Below, in pieces: positions 25,519 to 38,900 of a stretch of DNA of 64,000 bases. Every line of letters starts with the position of its first letter. The first letter of the stretch is position 1. The position numbers and the translations under genes are program-made. The stretch is from Isurus oxyrinchus (Eukaryota): positions 111,414,001-111,478,000 of the forward strand of contig JANJGN010000010.1 of assembly GCA_026770705.1 (NCBI GenBank), written 5' to 3'. The notes beneath the pieces were generated by a model. The model was not told the origin of the DNA. It searched no databases and saw nothing but the letters and a program-made list of their open reading frames with translations.

Positions 25519-27939
25519 CACGATGGGCTGAATCCTGTGTTGTAAAATTCTGTAAAGGTGAACATGATTTTTTGGAGCTTAGCACAAGATAAATACAGAC
25601 GCTGAGGGTATGATTCAGGTGACGCAGTATATGAAGGCAGACTACCCCATTTCAAACATAGAACTACATTACCCAAATAAAACAGTTAACAATAAGATAT
25701 AATTGTCTGTAAGTTCCCAAAGACATACGCATTAACAATAATCTCAGTAAGCTTGTGGAGTTGGGAATTTATTTTAAACAGCATTTAGCAGTATGGACAT
25801 TCACTCTGGTCCTTCACCCCTTCTGTCCCAACAATGCATACAAAAAGCTGATCTGACTTTAAAAAAAACTCTCTGCCTTCGATTCCTTTGTAGTTCTGGG
25901 TAACTTGGCACCACACCAGAGGGGCACCAGGAACTGGCTACACAGACAGGATGAATGCCTATCTATAAATAGAAGTGGACCGCAGCCAGATCAGATTAAC
26001 TGTTTGCACTGAGACTTAGAATAAACTGTTTACATTGCACTGAGACTTGCAATGTTCATGTGATCCACAAGTGACTGGGAGATCCCAGGCAATGGTGAGA
26101 CTGACTGGGAGATCTCCCCAAGCCACGCAAAAATTCTCATCATCAACCCCACCACCCTCATATAGTCACAAATATGTATAACTCCCAGCTGCAGTTTTAG
26201 ACAGTGGTATGTCCAAAGTAACGTTTCACTAATTCTGAGCAGCTCCACATTCAATGTGGTCTACCCATCACCTTCGGATGGTGACTAATCAGCAGAGTTT
26301 TTACAATAATGCCTAATTTTCATATGTACCATTACATTGTCACATTATTCCCCACCCTTTGCCCCTGTAGGACTGATCCTTGGATAGGATTTCATGTTCC
26401 GAGCACTAATAGTCCGACATCCAGTCAGGGCGCTACCCTGTGTTAGCGCAGCGCAAGCTGTGCTCAATGCTCTTACTGAAGAGATGGAAGACAAACGGGC
26501 CCAGCCTCCCATACACTACAAATGACTCCAATGGGGAAAAAAAGGAATGCAGTGCATGCCTCAGTTCCTTTTGCCAAGAAGCAGGAAGAAATAGAGTGGG
26601 TGCCACGCACCACTGGCACTGAGACTTACTGATGCGTCCATTTTTTGGGACAGACAGTATGCTACATGGTACTCTCAAAATATGAATGAATTTAAAAGAC
26701 ATTTTGAGCGCCTTCCATTTAATGAACATATGATGAATGACAGGCAGGATAATTCATCCAAACTGTCCCATACTGTTGTGCTGGCTTGTGTACCAACCAT
26801 GGGACTGCTTAATGTCTTGAAAGAGGCAAACATAAATACAGGCCAATTAATGGATAAAATCTGAACATTTATTGCTGATCTCTTTGGGTAATCAAAACTT
26901 AGTCCAGGTGATTACTCTGGTCCCAGTCAATGTTACCTCATGCATAGGTAATCTCCACTGCAGCCAGGAACAGAAGCTGCTTTCCTTGTATGGAGAACAG
27001 TCCTAACACACCAGCTGTGCAAGGGACAGCGAGGTTTTAAGCAATGTTGCAGCTGAGTGTCGCAGTTCCTGACACCTGGACACAGGTGGGGGAGAAGCCT
27101 GAAGAGCCCACCTGTCATTTTTTCCTCAGTGCTGTCACAGGGCTTTATAATCAAGTGTCAAACACTTTCTCCACAGAGATGGTGTCGGATTGAAACGGGA
27201 GTCAGTGCACATATGCTGTTCAATGCCAAATGCCTGCACAAAACTCAGGCAGGCAATGCAGCTGTTCCAGATATAGCAAAAGGCAAACTGACATTACTGC
27301 CCCACATCACAGCACATTGGCACTGCAGCCTGTAATTGAGAACTTGGTTCCTTTACCAGATTTAAAGACACAATTAAATTTCACATTCTTCAGTTTTTTT
27401 TTTTTGCTGTTGTAAAAGACCATTTCAATTGTGGCTGCATTCTATTAAAATTGTGTTGATTAAATCCATCATCATTTCAAGTCAATAGGGTCCAGGCTAC
27501 TTATATCCACCAGGGACCAGCTAGTAAACCACTAGCAGCACAAATACTGTTTCTGACGGCGATGGTGTGACAGGTCAGTGCAGCTGCAATTTGATCAGAT
27601 AATTTGTGTATTATCGGCCTCCAGGGCTATATTCAGTAATGTATATGGAGCATGTTATTCACAGTGTGGTTCAGATAAATTTCTCCATTCAAACCTCAAT
27701 CAGATCATTTCTGAACCAACAGGAATGCAATATCTGAAACACAGATCTCTTACCTCCTGAAGTGCCCATTACAGCATAGGATCAAAGGAATGTGGGTGCT
27801 GTCTCACACAGAAGCCACAGACAATTCTCAGTAGAGAACCAGGCTGGGTGGAGTGCTGACATCAGTTTATACCCAGCTCCTGGGCTGGGCAGAGAATGTA
27901 TCCCAAGCCATTGATACTATTTAATGTGGATACAGAAGA

Positions 27940-28690
27940 CTTTTTAAAATTTATTCTTTCACGGATATTGCCCATCCCTAACTGCCTTCAAGAAACTGGT
28001 GGTGTAAGGCTGCTTGAACCGCTACAGTCCCTGTGGCGTAGGTACACCCTCAGTGTTGTTAGGGAGGGAGTTCAAGGATTTTGACCCAGCAACAGCGAAG
28101 GAATGGCGATATATTTCCAAGTCAGGATGGTGAGTGGTTTGGAGGAGAACTTCCAGGTGGTGGTGTTTCCATCTATTTGCTACCCTTGTCCTTCTAGATG
28201 GTAGAGGTCGCAGGTGTGGTAGGTACTTTCAAAGGAACCTTGGTGAATTGCTGCAGTGAATCTTGTAGATGGTACACACTGCTGCTACTGTGTCAAACGT
28301 GGAGGGAGTGAATGCTAAGGTGGTGGATAGGGTGCTGATCAAGTGGGCTGCTTTGTGTCAAACCTTTTGAGTGTTGCAGGAACTGCATTCATCCAGGCAA
28401 GTGGACAATATTCCATCACACTTCTGAGATGAGCATTGTGGATGGTGGCCAGGCTTTGTGGAGTCAAGAGATGAGTTAGTCACTGCAGAATTCCTGGCCT
28501 TTAACCTGCTCTTGTAGCCACAGTATTTATAGGGTTAGTCCAGTTCAGTTTCTGGTCAATTGTAACCCCCAGGATGTTGATAGCGGGGGTTTCAGTGATG
28601 ATGATGCCATTGACTGTCATGGGCAGATGGTTAGATTCTCTCTTGTTGGAGATAGTCATTGCCTGGGCATATGTGTAGTGTGAATGTCTA
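27940..28690 (-). mobile_element. Same LINE family as 8240-9330, 3' fragment
   Basis: NILGVTIDQKLNWTNPINTVATRAG and the shared 3' tail. Confidence 0.85.
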
Positions 28691-28900
28691 AGCTTCAGGA
28701 TAGCTACGCATACATAGGAACAGGAGAAGGCCATTCAGCCCCACAAACCTGTTACTTAGGAACAGGGAGGAGATCACCATTCAGCCCTTGAGGATTAATC
28801 TCCGATTAAGGCTGATTTGTGCCTCAACTCCAAGGCCTTTGTCCCTTAACACCAATAGCTTACTGAAAACAGGCAACTGATAAAGATACAGACCTCTGCA

Positions 28901-28906
28901 TTTATT
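28901..28906 (-). terminator. Candidate MYBBP1A polyadenylation signal (AATAAA)
   Basis: AATAAA on the minus strand about 490 nt after the stop, followed by a U/GU-rich tract; an ATTAAA near 29100 is an alternative. Confidence 0.5.
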
Positions 28907-29396
28907 TAAAAGTCCAACATGAACAAAACATTTTTTTTGGGGGGGGGGGGGGGAAGGGAATATAAACAAGAGTTCATGCCCCTCATCCCTGGGGTACCGA
29001 CACATTCTGTACCCAAAATGATCATCAATGGCAATGAGTCCCATTGTGTTATGCTATAGGATTCCAATAAAAATAACAGTTACATTTTAAGAGATTTTTT
29101 TTAATCAAAGGGAGGGGTTCACGTAAATCTTGCAGTTTTATGCAGCGCAGTAAGGTTAGATTTCACCTGGATTGTGGAGTTCAAACCAATCAACCCAAAT
29201 AATTGGGTCAGTTGCGTGATTACAGTATAACCATTAGGTGTGCTTCATGTGCGATATGCAAAACTGTCACAGCCTTCAGTCACTGAGTTCACTCATGGCC
29301 CAGTTACTGTAATCCAGGTTGTCGAGCACTGTAGAGTAGGGGGACATCTGGAAAACCTGGGTTTGAACCGGCAATGGCATTTGTTCACAGTTGTGA

Positions 29397-29805
29397 TTAC
29401 TCTGCTGCTCCACCCCCTTGCTTTTCCTTTTTCACAGTCACCCGCTTGCCCACCTTATCGCCTTGTCCCATCTCCGCTGCATTTGTTTTGACTTTTTTAG
29501 CCGGGGGGCCCGACTTTGCTCCTGGGTTTCCTGTTGCGCCTCTCTCTGGATTCTTCTTCTTCTTCTTCCTCTTCCTTTTGTTTCTCTTTTTCTCCTGACC
29601 AACCTCTTCGGCCTTCGGAACATCTTTAGGTTTTCCCATGGAATTTTCTTTCCCTTCCTGCACATCCTCCTGGACTGGGCCTTTCGTCTTCTTCCAGTTC
29701 TTCCGCTTCTTAGTTTCTGGGAGAAATCCCTTCTTTTTCTTCAGGGCTCCCTGCGCAGCCACTGGGTTTTGTACCTGTGCTTTCACCTTCTCCTTCTTTG
29801 GTCGC
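29397..29805 (-). CDS. MYBBP1A: MYBBP1A terminal coding exon (Lys-rich nuclear/nucleolar targeting tail)
   Basis: tgttggcag| acceptor, phase compatible with the preceding exon; RPKKEK...KKKKGFLPETKKRK is the diagnostic MYBBP1A motif; TAA at 29399-29397. Confidence 0.95.
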
Positions 29806-30028
29806 CTGCCAACACAATGTGGGAACAAAGAACACGTTAAGCCAGCCAATACTCCCTGCAAAACACGAGCAGAGAATCCAAGAGCTGACACCACTCCCTA
29901 GCCCAGGGCAGACTGGCTGGGGTGCCCCCAGTCTACTGACCGCAGATCAGGACCACGCCCCTATCGGACTGGGTTAGTAGCGCCCTTTTCAAGAACCGAG
30001 CAGGCAGTGAAGGAGGTGAGGTGCTTAC

Positions 30029-30153
30029 ATGATTCCGAATTGTTTCATCACATGCCAGTACGTATGGTCCACCTGCGAAGTCTTGCCAAACTCTTCCAGC
30101 TGCCCCAGCTTCTGCAGAGCAGGTACCAGCTGCTTCACCGAGACATTGAGCTT
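30029..30153 (-). CDS. MYBBP1A: MYBBP1A penultimate coding exon
   Basis: ttgttctgcag| ... CAT|gtaagc; 125 bp, phase 0-2; KLNVSVKQLVPALQKLGQLEEFGKTSQVDHTYWHVMKQFGI (human ...DLYWQAMKTLGV). Confidence 0.9.
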
Positions 30154-30729
30154 CTGCAGAACAAAATGCACAAATCAGGTACTGACATTTAACAGAATTT
30201 TTTACTGAAAACTGGGAGCCAAGGGGAAAACCCAACCAATTAAAACACACGACTACTCCTTAATGACCTACCCAAAGTTGAGAAACTAAGGCCTGGATTT
30301 TCACTCACGAGGCAGGTAGCTCAAGTTGGGAAATTTTGGTTGACCAGACTTGATTTAAAGCACCCAGTAAGACCCAATTTTCACTTCAGGAGAGGCGGAG
30401 ATGGGATGGAGTCGGGCCTGCTGACCCTGGAAGCAGACCATAGGTGGCCAGGGGGCGAGTGAGTGTTGAGATGGGCTGGTTGTAAGGCCCACCTCAGCTC
30501 TGGGACTGTTATTGAAGCTGTTAGCCACTTTTAGCCCTCACCCCACCCACCAACTCTCCTTGCCCCCTCCATACCAACTCCTGCCCCACCCACCCACCCC
30601 CATGACTCCTCATACCCCCCCATGGCCTTCCATGCCACTGACCCAGTATCCACCATGGGCACAGCTCAGGAGCCATGTGGAGATAAGAATAAATTAACAA
30701 TCTAATACAGCTCTCACTCAAACACGTTG

Positions 30730-33568
30730 GAAGGGAAGGGTAAAACTCCAAGAATTATGACTAATGGGAAACAAAGCAGTGGCTTAGCGTGTGTGGGGTG
30801 GTGGTGGTGGTGAGTGGGGGGGAGGAGCCCAGGAGAGGCTATCAAAGTGTCCAGAACCCAAAATAGGACAGAGCGTTTGGAAAGGGCTAGGAATCTAACT
30901 TCAAGCACATCAGATAAAGGGACAACAATGAGAAAGGGGACGGGAAATACAGGACAGAAGGTGTTGTATCTGAATGCACGCAGTATACGAAATAAGGTAA
31001 ATGAGCTTGTGGCGCAGATTGAAATTGGCATGTGTGATGTGGTGGGCATCATGGAGACATGGCTGCAAGGGGATCAGGACTGGGAGCTAAATATCCAAGG
31101 ATATACATCCTATCAAAAAGACAGGCAGGTTGGCAGAGGGGGTGGGGTTGCTTTGTTAGTAAGAAATGAAATTAAATCGATAGCAAGAAATGACGTAGGG
31201 TCAGATGATCTGTGTGGGTAGAGTTGAGGAACTGCAAAGGTAAAAAAAACATAATGGGAGTTATGTACAGACCTCCAAACAGTAGTCAGGATGTGGGGCA
31301 CAAGATACACCAGGAGACAGAAAAGGCGTGTAAGAAAGGCAAGGTTACAGTGATCATGGGGAATTTCAATATGCAGGTAGACTGGGAAAATCAGGTTGGT
31401 CGTAGATCCCAAGAAAAGGAATTTGTGGATTGTCTATGAGATGGGAGCAGCTTGTAGAGGAGCCCACCAGGGAACAGGCAATTCTAGATTGAGTGATGTG
31501 TAATGAGGCAGATTTGATAAAGGAGCTTAAAGTGAAGGAACCCTTAGGAAGAACTGACCATAATATGATAGAATTTACCCTGCAATTTGAGAGGAAAAAG
31601 CTGGAATCAGATGTAACGGTATTACAGCTGAATAAAGGCAACTGCAGAAGCATGAGGGAGGAGCTGGCCAGAATTGACTGGGAGATGAGCCTAGCAGGAA
31701 AGACAGTAGAACAGTAATGGCAGGAGTTTCTGGGAGTAATTTGGGAGACACAGCAAAAATTCATCCCTAGGAAGAAAAAGCATACTAAAGGGAGGACGAG
31801 GCAACCATGGCTGACAAGGGAAGTCAGGGACAGCATAAAAGCTAAAGAGAAAGCATACAATGTGGCAAAGATCAGTGGGAAACCAGGGGATTGGGTAGCC
31901 TAAAAAGACCAACAGAGGACAACTAAAAAACAAATGAGGGAGAAGATGAGGGTAAACCAGCCAGTAATATAAAAGATTGCAAGAGTTTTTTTAGATATAT
32001 AAGAGAGAGGCAAAAGTGGACATTGGAGTGACGCTGGAGAAGTAGTAGCGGGGAAACAAAGAAATGGCGGAGGAACTGAATAGGTACTTTGCGTCACTCT
32101 TCACGGTGGAAGACACAAGTAACATCCCCAAAGTTCAAGAGAGTCGGGGGGGCAGAGGTGAGTATGGTGGCCATTACCAAGGAGAAGGTGCTAGGAAAAC
32201 TGAAAGGTCTAAATCACCTGGACCAAATGGATTACACCCCAGAGTTCTGAAGGTGATAGCTGAAGAGATAGTGGAGGCGGTAATGGTGATCTTTCAGGAA
32301 TCACAAGTCAGGGAGGGTCCCAGAGGACCGGAAAATCGCTAATGTAACCCCCCTGTTTAAGAAGGGAGTGAGGCAAAAGACGGGAAATTACAGGCCAATT
32401 AGCCTCACCTTAGTCGTTGGTAAGATTTTAGAGTCCATTATTTAAGGATGAGATTTCAGAATTCTTGGAAGTGCATGGTAAAATAGGGCAAAGTCAGCAT
32501 GGTTTTGTCAAGGGGAGGTCATGCCTGACAAATCTGTTAGAATTCTTTGAGGAGGTAACGAGTAGGTTAGACAAAGGAGAGCCAATGGATGTTATCTCCT
32601 TGGACTTCCAGAATGCCTTTGACAAGGTGCCGCACAGGAGGCTGCTCAGTAAGATAAGACCCCATGGTGTTAGAGGCAAGGTACTAGCATGGATAGAAGA
32701 TTGGCTGTCTGGCAGGAGGCAGAGAGTGGGGATAAGGGAGTCCTTCTCAGGATGGCGGCAGGCGCCTAGTGGAGTTCCGCAGGGGTCAGTGTTGGGACCA
32801 CAACTTTTCACTGTATACATTAATGATCTAGATGAAGGAACTGAGGGCATTCTGGAGTGCAAAGGGACTTGGGAGTCCTAGTCCAGGATTTTCTTAAGGT
32901 TAACTTGCAGGTTGACACAGTAGTTAGGAAGGCAAATGCAATGTTGGCATTTATTTCGAGAGGACTAGAATATAAAAGCAGGGATATGCTGCTAAGGCTT
33001 TATAAGGCTCTGGTCAGAGCATACTTAGAATATGTGAGCAATTTTGGGCCCCGTATCTCAGGAAGGATATTCTGCCCCTGGAGAGGGTCCAGAGGATGTT
33101 CACGAGAATGATCCCAGGAATGAAAGGCTTAACATATGAGGAACGTTTGAGGACTCTGGGTTTATACTCGATGGAGTTTAGAAGGATGAGAGGGGATCTG
33201 TTGAAACTTACAGAATACGGAAAGGCATGGATAGAGTGGACGTGGGGAAGATGTTTCCATTAGTAGGAGAGACTAGGACCCGAGGGCACAGCCTCAGAGT
33301 AAAGGGAAAACCTTTTAGAACAGAGATGAGGAGAAACTTCTTTAGCCAAAGAGTGATGAATCTATGGAATTCATTGCCACAGAAGGCTGTGGAGTCCAGG
33401 TCATTGAGTGTACTTAAGACCGAGATAGATAGGTTCTTAATTGGTAAGGGGATCAAAGGCTACGGGGAGAAGGCAGGAGAATGGGGTTGAGAAACTTATC
33501 AACCATGATTGAAAGGCAGAGCAGACTCGATGGGCCGAATGGCCTAGTTTCTGCTCCTATGTCTTATG
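30730..33568 (+). mobile_element. 5'-truncated CR1 LINE (copy A), same subfamily, with internal RT deletion
   Basis: APE and RT ORF fragments nearly identical to copy C; about 0.2 kb missing at 32850/32851. Confidence 0.95.
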
Positions 33569-33619
33569 ATAGTGTAAAAGGCTCCCATTCAAAGTTTTAA
33601 AATCTCAAATGGTTAATCT

Positions 33620-33990
33620 CTTTTTATTTATTCTTTCATGGTACTTGGGTGTTGCTGATATCCCTAATTGCCCTTGAACCGAGTAGCTTGCTAGGCCATT
33701 TTAGAGAGCAGTTAAGAATCAACCACATTGCTGTCCGTCTGCAATCACATGTAGGCCTGACCAGCTAAGGGCAGCAGGTTTCCTTTCCTAAAGGACATTA
33801 GAAAACCAGATGGATTCTCAACAATTGTTTCATGGTCACCATTATTGAGATTAGTTTTAAATTCCAGATTCATTAACTCAATTCAAATTCCATTAGCTAC
33901 TATGGTGGGATTTGAACTCATGCACCCAGGGCACTTATATGGGCTTTGGGTTACTAATCCCGTGACATTACCACTACGCCACTATCTCCC
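33620..33990 (-). mobile_element. Same SINE family, near full length
   Basis: Tail, core and head gggatttgaactc...gtgacattaccactacgccac. Confidence 0.7.
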
Positions 33991-34319
33991 CATTTTATAA
34001 AAACAAATGTCTATTCGGGCCCCACATTAAATCCTCTAATAGCTTCCTTAAACTGTCAAACTGTGAGCTCAGAGCCCTCTGCTGAGATAATTGGTATTTG
34101 TATTTTATCGGTGTGAAAACTATATGCAGGTAAAATGCTTTGACAGTTTCTACAAAAACAAGAGTCATCATTCCACCCTAGCTTAGTGCTGCCCAACAAC
34201 CCCATTTAAAATGAAAAGCAGCACCCCACCTCTTCTTATCTACACCATGCTACAGTAGCAGTGTGCTTATGAAACTGTATCTCTGAAAAACCAGGCCTTC
34301 AAAAGAATTCTTGACCTCC

Positions 34320-34690
34320 AAACTTTAAAGAATGCTTTACAGCCAGTGAAGTGTTTTTCTTGAAGTGTGGTCACTGTCATAATGCCTATTTGCACATTGC
34401 AAGGTCCCACAAACAGCAGTATGATAATGACTAGGTCATCTGCTTCAAGTGTTGGTTGAGGGATACATGTTGGTCAGGAAATCTACTATTCTTATAGTAC
34501 CAAGGGATCTTTTATGTGCAACTGAAAGGACAGACAGGGCCTTGGCTTCATTTCGCATCTGAAAGACAGCACCCACCTCAGTACTGCACAGGACTACCAG
34601 GCTAAAATGTGTTAAAATCTCTCGAGTGGGGCTTGAACCCATGACTTTTGATCCAAAGGTGAGACTGCACTTAAGAAGCTAAGCCAGCAA
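34320..34690 (-). mobile_element. Deu-domain SINE
   Basis: Same family motifs (tttacagcca.tgaagt, cccacaaacagca, gggatctttta, cttgaaccc). Confidence 0.65.
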
Positions 34691-35354
34691 ACTTATAAAC
34701 TTCCTACACTCATCCAAACTTCCCATGACCAGCTTACTCAGTGAGAAGAAGAGAGCTAACCGTCAATGGGAAGATGATAAGGCAATTAAAGGGCTCAATC
34801 TTTGATTAGTCCAAGGAATTATCCGATTTTCCTATTTAATGGCATATTCTGTCTTTATTCTTCTCTTCCTACAGCTGAGCAGAGGAGTTGCTCATGGGGG
34901 TGGGGGTGGGGTCACATAGAATGGGATAGCTTCTGATATTCACATAGCCACTCTGTATTATGACCCATTTAGTGATATCATGCTTTCCTGGTCTTTGCTG
35001 AACACTTGCTGTCATTTATTTATATAAAACAAAGAATGATGGAGCTTACTGTGCTTTCTGTCTCACTGACACTTGTAACTGGCAAATGCATGTCACACAT
35101 TGGAAGTTGTGATTTATTGGAGGAACCTGGAGAAATCTGGGCTCTCCCATAGCGAAATGCTGCTTCAATGGCCTTCTGACATCAAGTCACATGGCCCAAA
35201 TGTCAACAGCTCATTAACTCCAATGACTTAGTGCCCTCCGCCATCACAGTATACCTGAGTTCTGTGGTTAAACTCCATCACTTGCATTATAAAATCTGCC
35301 CAATTATCATTCATATAAAGGAGGCCATTTTCAGTATTCACTTTGCCCTTTTAC

Positions 35355-35456
35355 CTGTTGATCTACAATCTTGATGAGACCGCAGATCAGCTCTAAGCAT
35401 TTTACCACTTTCTCCTGGTCCACCTTCAACTTAATCTTCGTCACGGTCCTCAAACA
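35355..35456 (-). CDS. MYBBP1A: MYBBP1A coding exon
   Basis: tctcttctgcag| ... CAG|gtaaaa; 102 bp, phase 0-0; CLRTVTKIKLKVDQEKVVKCLELICGLIKIVDQQ (human NLRVLGEAQTKAQHQQALSSLELL...). Confidence 0.85.
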
Positions 35457-37833
35457 CTGCAGAAGAGAAAAAAGAAATAAAAAATCTTTGTAACTTACCT
35501 AGAAAACTGCAACACATTCCACCATCTAAAGATATTTCCTCCCCTCCTTGATCAGGTTATGGTTCTACAGGGATCAGCTGCTCTCCAATACCTCACTTCC
35601 CACTGTCACTGCTGAAGCAGTCTCCTGTTTAGAAATATCTTGACCAAGGACACTCGCAAGCTCATCTGCCTTTACCACTACTGACATCATTGCTTCATGT
35701 ATTCATTTTTATGTTTTCATTACAGTTCAAATCTCTCCTCCGAGCCCACTTTAGCCCATTCGGGGTTCTTGTGCATCCTCAACTTCCTTCATTCCACCAC
35801 TGGTGGCCGAGCCTTCAGGCATCGGGCCTTGAGCTCCAAAATCCCCTCTCTAAACCTCTCACCCCTACGTGTCTCTCTCTCTCATCCTCAATAACAGTCC
35901 CCAAAACTCACCTCTTTCACCATGCGTTTGGGCATCTATACTAATATCTCTTTATGTGACTTGCCGTCACATTTTGATTGATAATGCTCTTGTAAAGCAC
36001 GGTGGGATGTTTTATTACATTAAAGACGCTATATAAATGCAAGCTGTTGGTGCTGTAGCTGCCTTATGGTCCCAAGGCACCAGTTGCTCTTGTGTACACC
36101 GCTAACCCACTAACACTGCCAAAGCAATGTCTTGTGCTTGAGTACACCTTGAAGAGCATTGGCTGCTATCTGGTACCTCAGACAACTGGCCATATAAGTC
36201 TCGACTGAGCAGTAGCAGGCTACCAACTGTGGGACACAGCACAACAGAGTTTGATCTCATTCTCACACACAAACTTTTCAGCTGAGACCTCGAGTTAACA
36301 ATCAAGCTTAGGAGCCCTGGCTGATTTTCCTTCTTCCTATCATGAGGTCAACTATGCACTTGCCACTTTTGTGACAGCTTTGTATAGCTTGGGACCAACG
36401 AGGTTATCGGAGTCATTTAAAATACATTTCTACTTCTGATCATTCCTTCTCCAGTCTCTCTCCCCCCAGTATTATAATCACATCATGAAGCAAAACTATC
36501 TTTGGGTTCTACTGCTACAACCATAAAGGCAACACAGAATGGGTAATCTTGTACATAGTATGCAATGAAGTTCAAGGGCCATTCATGGGAAGCATCCCTG
36601 AACAGCATATTAGCCAAGGCCAGGCCTGAACTGGCAGATTTTCAGACAGCTTATAGTATTTGCTGCCTTTACTCATCATCTTGTTACTAGAAACATGCTT
36701 GAACAATGCACCTTACAAGGACTGAAAGCCTGCTTGACAATAGAAAACCACGTTCAGATAAATATTTGGGAGCAAAGCAGAGTTAGATAAATATTTTGCA
36801 GCTTTCCTGAATTATTTTGAAGGGAAGCAAGAAATCTTGTATTGTGGAGCATTTCCTTAGGAGATGGAATAGGTTAGATTGAATCCATGAGAAGGCAAAA
36901 CATAAATGGTCTAGGGGAGAACAGGATGGATGGTCCATTTACTTTCTTGTGCAATGTAGAGGGCACTAGGTCATAACATTGGTCATTAGTCATCTTTTTA
37001 TCCTCTCCAGTAGCAGAGAGGATAGTCTCAACTTCAATTGGACACAGGTGAGCTGCAATAAGATCTTTAGTTGAAACAAAGGGTCAGAATTTGCTACAAC
37101 CAGTGAGTGGAACTACAATTGCCTTTTTACTAGGCTTGACACTGCCTGATTAATTTCCAGGAGCTTTTGCAGAGCAAAGTACTGCAAGTGGGAGATCATA
37201 ATGGTGCAGTGCCCTCTGCAGGAGATGTAGGACTTGTGGCTGGCTAAGTAACAATAAATCAAATTGAACAATAATTAACAAATGGGTCTGAACCAAGAAG
37301 TGTAAGTCAGAGCAGTGAATTCAATATCAAGTTACGTACAGGAAGTAAAATAAAGAGACAAAAAATTGGATTGAATGAAAAAAAATATAGGTCCCCAATA
37401 ATTAAAATCTGAAGGAATGAGGCTTCTCACCTGTAAAGGCTAATTTAGTGTCAGAAAGGTTGGTTTGACAGTAATTAAGATTCATCAATCATTAAAAAGG
37501 ATACTTGGACTGAAATGCTCAAACCCTAACTTTCTATGGTGAGTTTAGTCTGCATCTACAAGGAGAGGAACTTCATGACGTTTAATCTATTTGAATAGGA
37601 AGCCAAACAGTGAGATGCTGTCATCTCGTGGATTATGGTGGAGCAGCACATCTTGACCAGCAATTTCAGATTTCTGCTTTTAACTGCACATCTGTGCACT
37701 CCCTAAGTTGCTGTTAGATTTGTGTATTAACAATGAGCACAATTAATTTTAAATTTTGGTCCATTTTGTGAATCTCAATTTAATTTATTTGATGGTCATT
37801 CCTAATTTAAAAACTTTGAAGTAAATCACCCAC

Positions 37834-37947
37834 CTGTTTAATCTGGTTGATGACTTGTTCGATGAGTGCTTTCCCTTCGGTGTCTATCAAGGTCTCTCTC
37901 ACCTCCCAGGTCTGCAGAGCCTTCAGGACAAGAGAGCAGGCCTGGCC
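37834..37947 (-). CDS. MYBBP1A: MYBBP1A coding exon
   Basis: ctattttatag| ... CAG|gtgggt; 114 bp, phase 0-0; GQACSLVLKALQTWEVRETLIDTEGKALIEQVINQIKQ (human ACLLLQKTLSMREVR...). Translated by hand; absent from the ORF track. Confidence 0.9.
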
Positions 37948-38464
37948 CTATAAAATAGGAAAATGGAATTGGCTAATGCAATACAAAGTGCTAACCAAAA
38001 CAAAAGCTTTCATTAATAGTACTTTCCCTCCAATTACCCTCATCTGCGTTTCCAATAAAACCCATTCTTAGACTTATACCAGTTAGCAAAACAGACTGTG
38101 TTGGAGATTTTTGAGATAAGTAATGTTACTAGAAAGGAAATGTCACTATTCATAGTCTCTCTTTTTTATCCTCAACACACTTGGAGAGTGCAAGATGAAA
38201 ACAATGTCAACACATTACCCAACGATTCAAACAATAGAACCAAATAAATCCTAAAAGTTGTAAATTGGGATTAAAACGATAGAAAATAATGCAGAATTCA
38301 AATGGTAGATCATCATCCTACCACTAACTGGGAAATGGACTGGGATCTTGATGCTTACTAATGTGACATCAGACATTTAACACAAATTAGCAAGTTAAAT
38401 AGCAACCACATGTTAAAGACAAACAGACAACTCGCAAGACAACTGCACAATGCGGGTTTTACAT

Positions 38465-38900
38465 GGGAAAACAGGAGTAGGCTATTCAGCCTGTCGAGCC
38501 TGCTCCGCCATTCAAACAGATCATGGCTGATTATCTACCTCTATGCTATTTTTCCTCACTATGCCCATATCTTTTGATATCATTAGAATCCAGAAATCTA
38601 TCGATCTCTGTCTTGAACATGCTCAATGATTGGGCTTCCACAGCCCTCTCGGGTAGAGAGTTCCAAAGATTCAACACCCTCTGAGTGAAGAAATTCCTCC
38701 TCATCTCAGTCCTAAATGGCCTGCCTCTTTTTCTGAGGCTGTGTCCCCTGGTTCTAGGCTCACCAGCCAGCAGAAACATCCCATCCACATCTACCCTGTT
38801 ATGCCCCGAGAGAATTTTCTAAGTTCAATGAGATCACTTCTCATTCTTCAAATCTCTAGAGAATACAGGCCCAGTTTCCTCAATCCCTCCTCATAAAACA
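38465..38900 (-). mobile_element. CR1 3' fragment
   Basis: TRGHSLRKRGRPFRTEMRRNFFTQRVLNLWNSLP. Confidence 0.85.

Noticed and set aside
26004-26114. Two pairs of short direct repeats (ttgcactgagactt x2; gactgggagatc x2)
   Set aside because: Consistent with local slippage duplications; too few units to be an array.
26370-26530. Acceptor-like site followed by a short ORF (MFRALIVRHPVRALP...HYK*) between the two genes
   Set aside because: No recognisable homology, no partner exons, and stops in all frames read from the acceptor.
28931-28960. Poly-T/poly-G run in the MYBBP1A 3'UTR region
   Set aside because: Simple homopolymer, error-prone in assemblies, with no functional evidence.
29418-29901. 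Phe/Leu-rich plus-strand ORFs (140 aa and 87 aa) resembling membrane peptides
   Set aside because: Antisense shadows of the Lys-rich MYBBP1A terminal exon.
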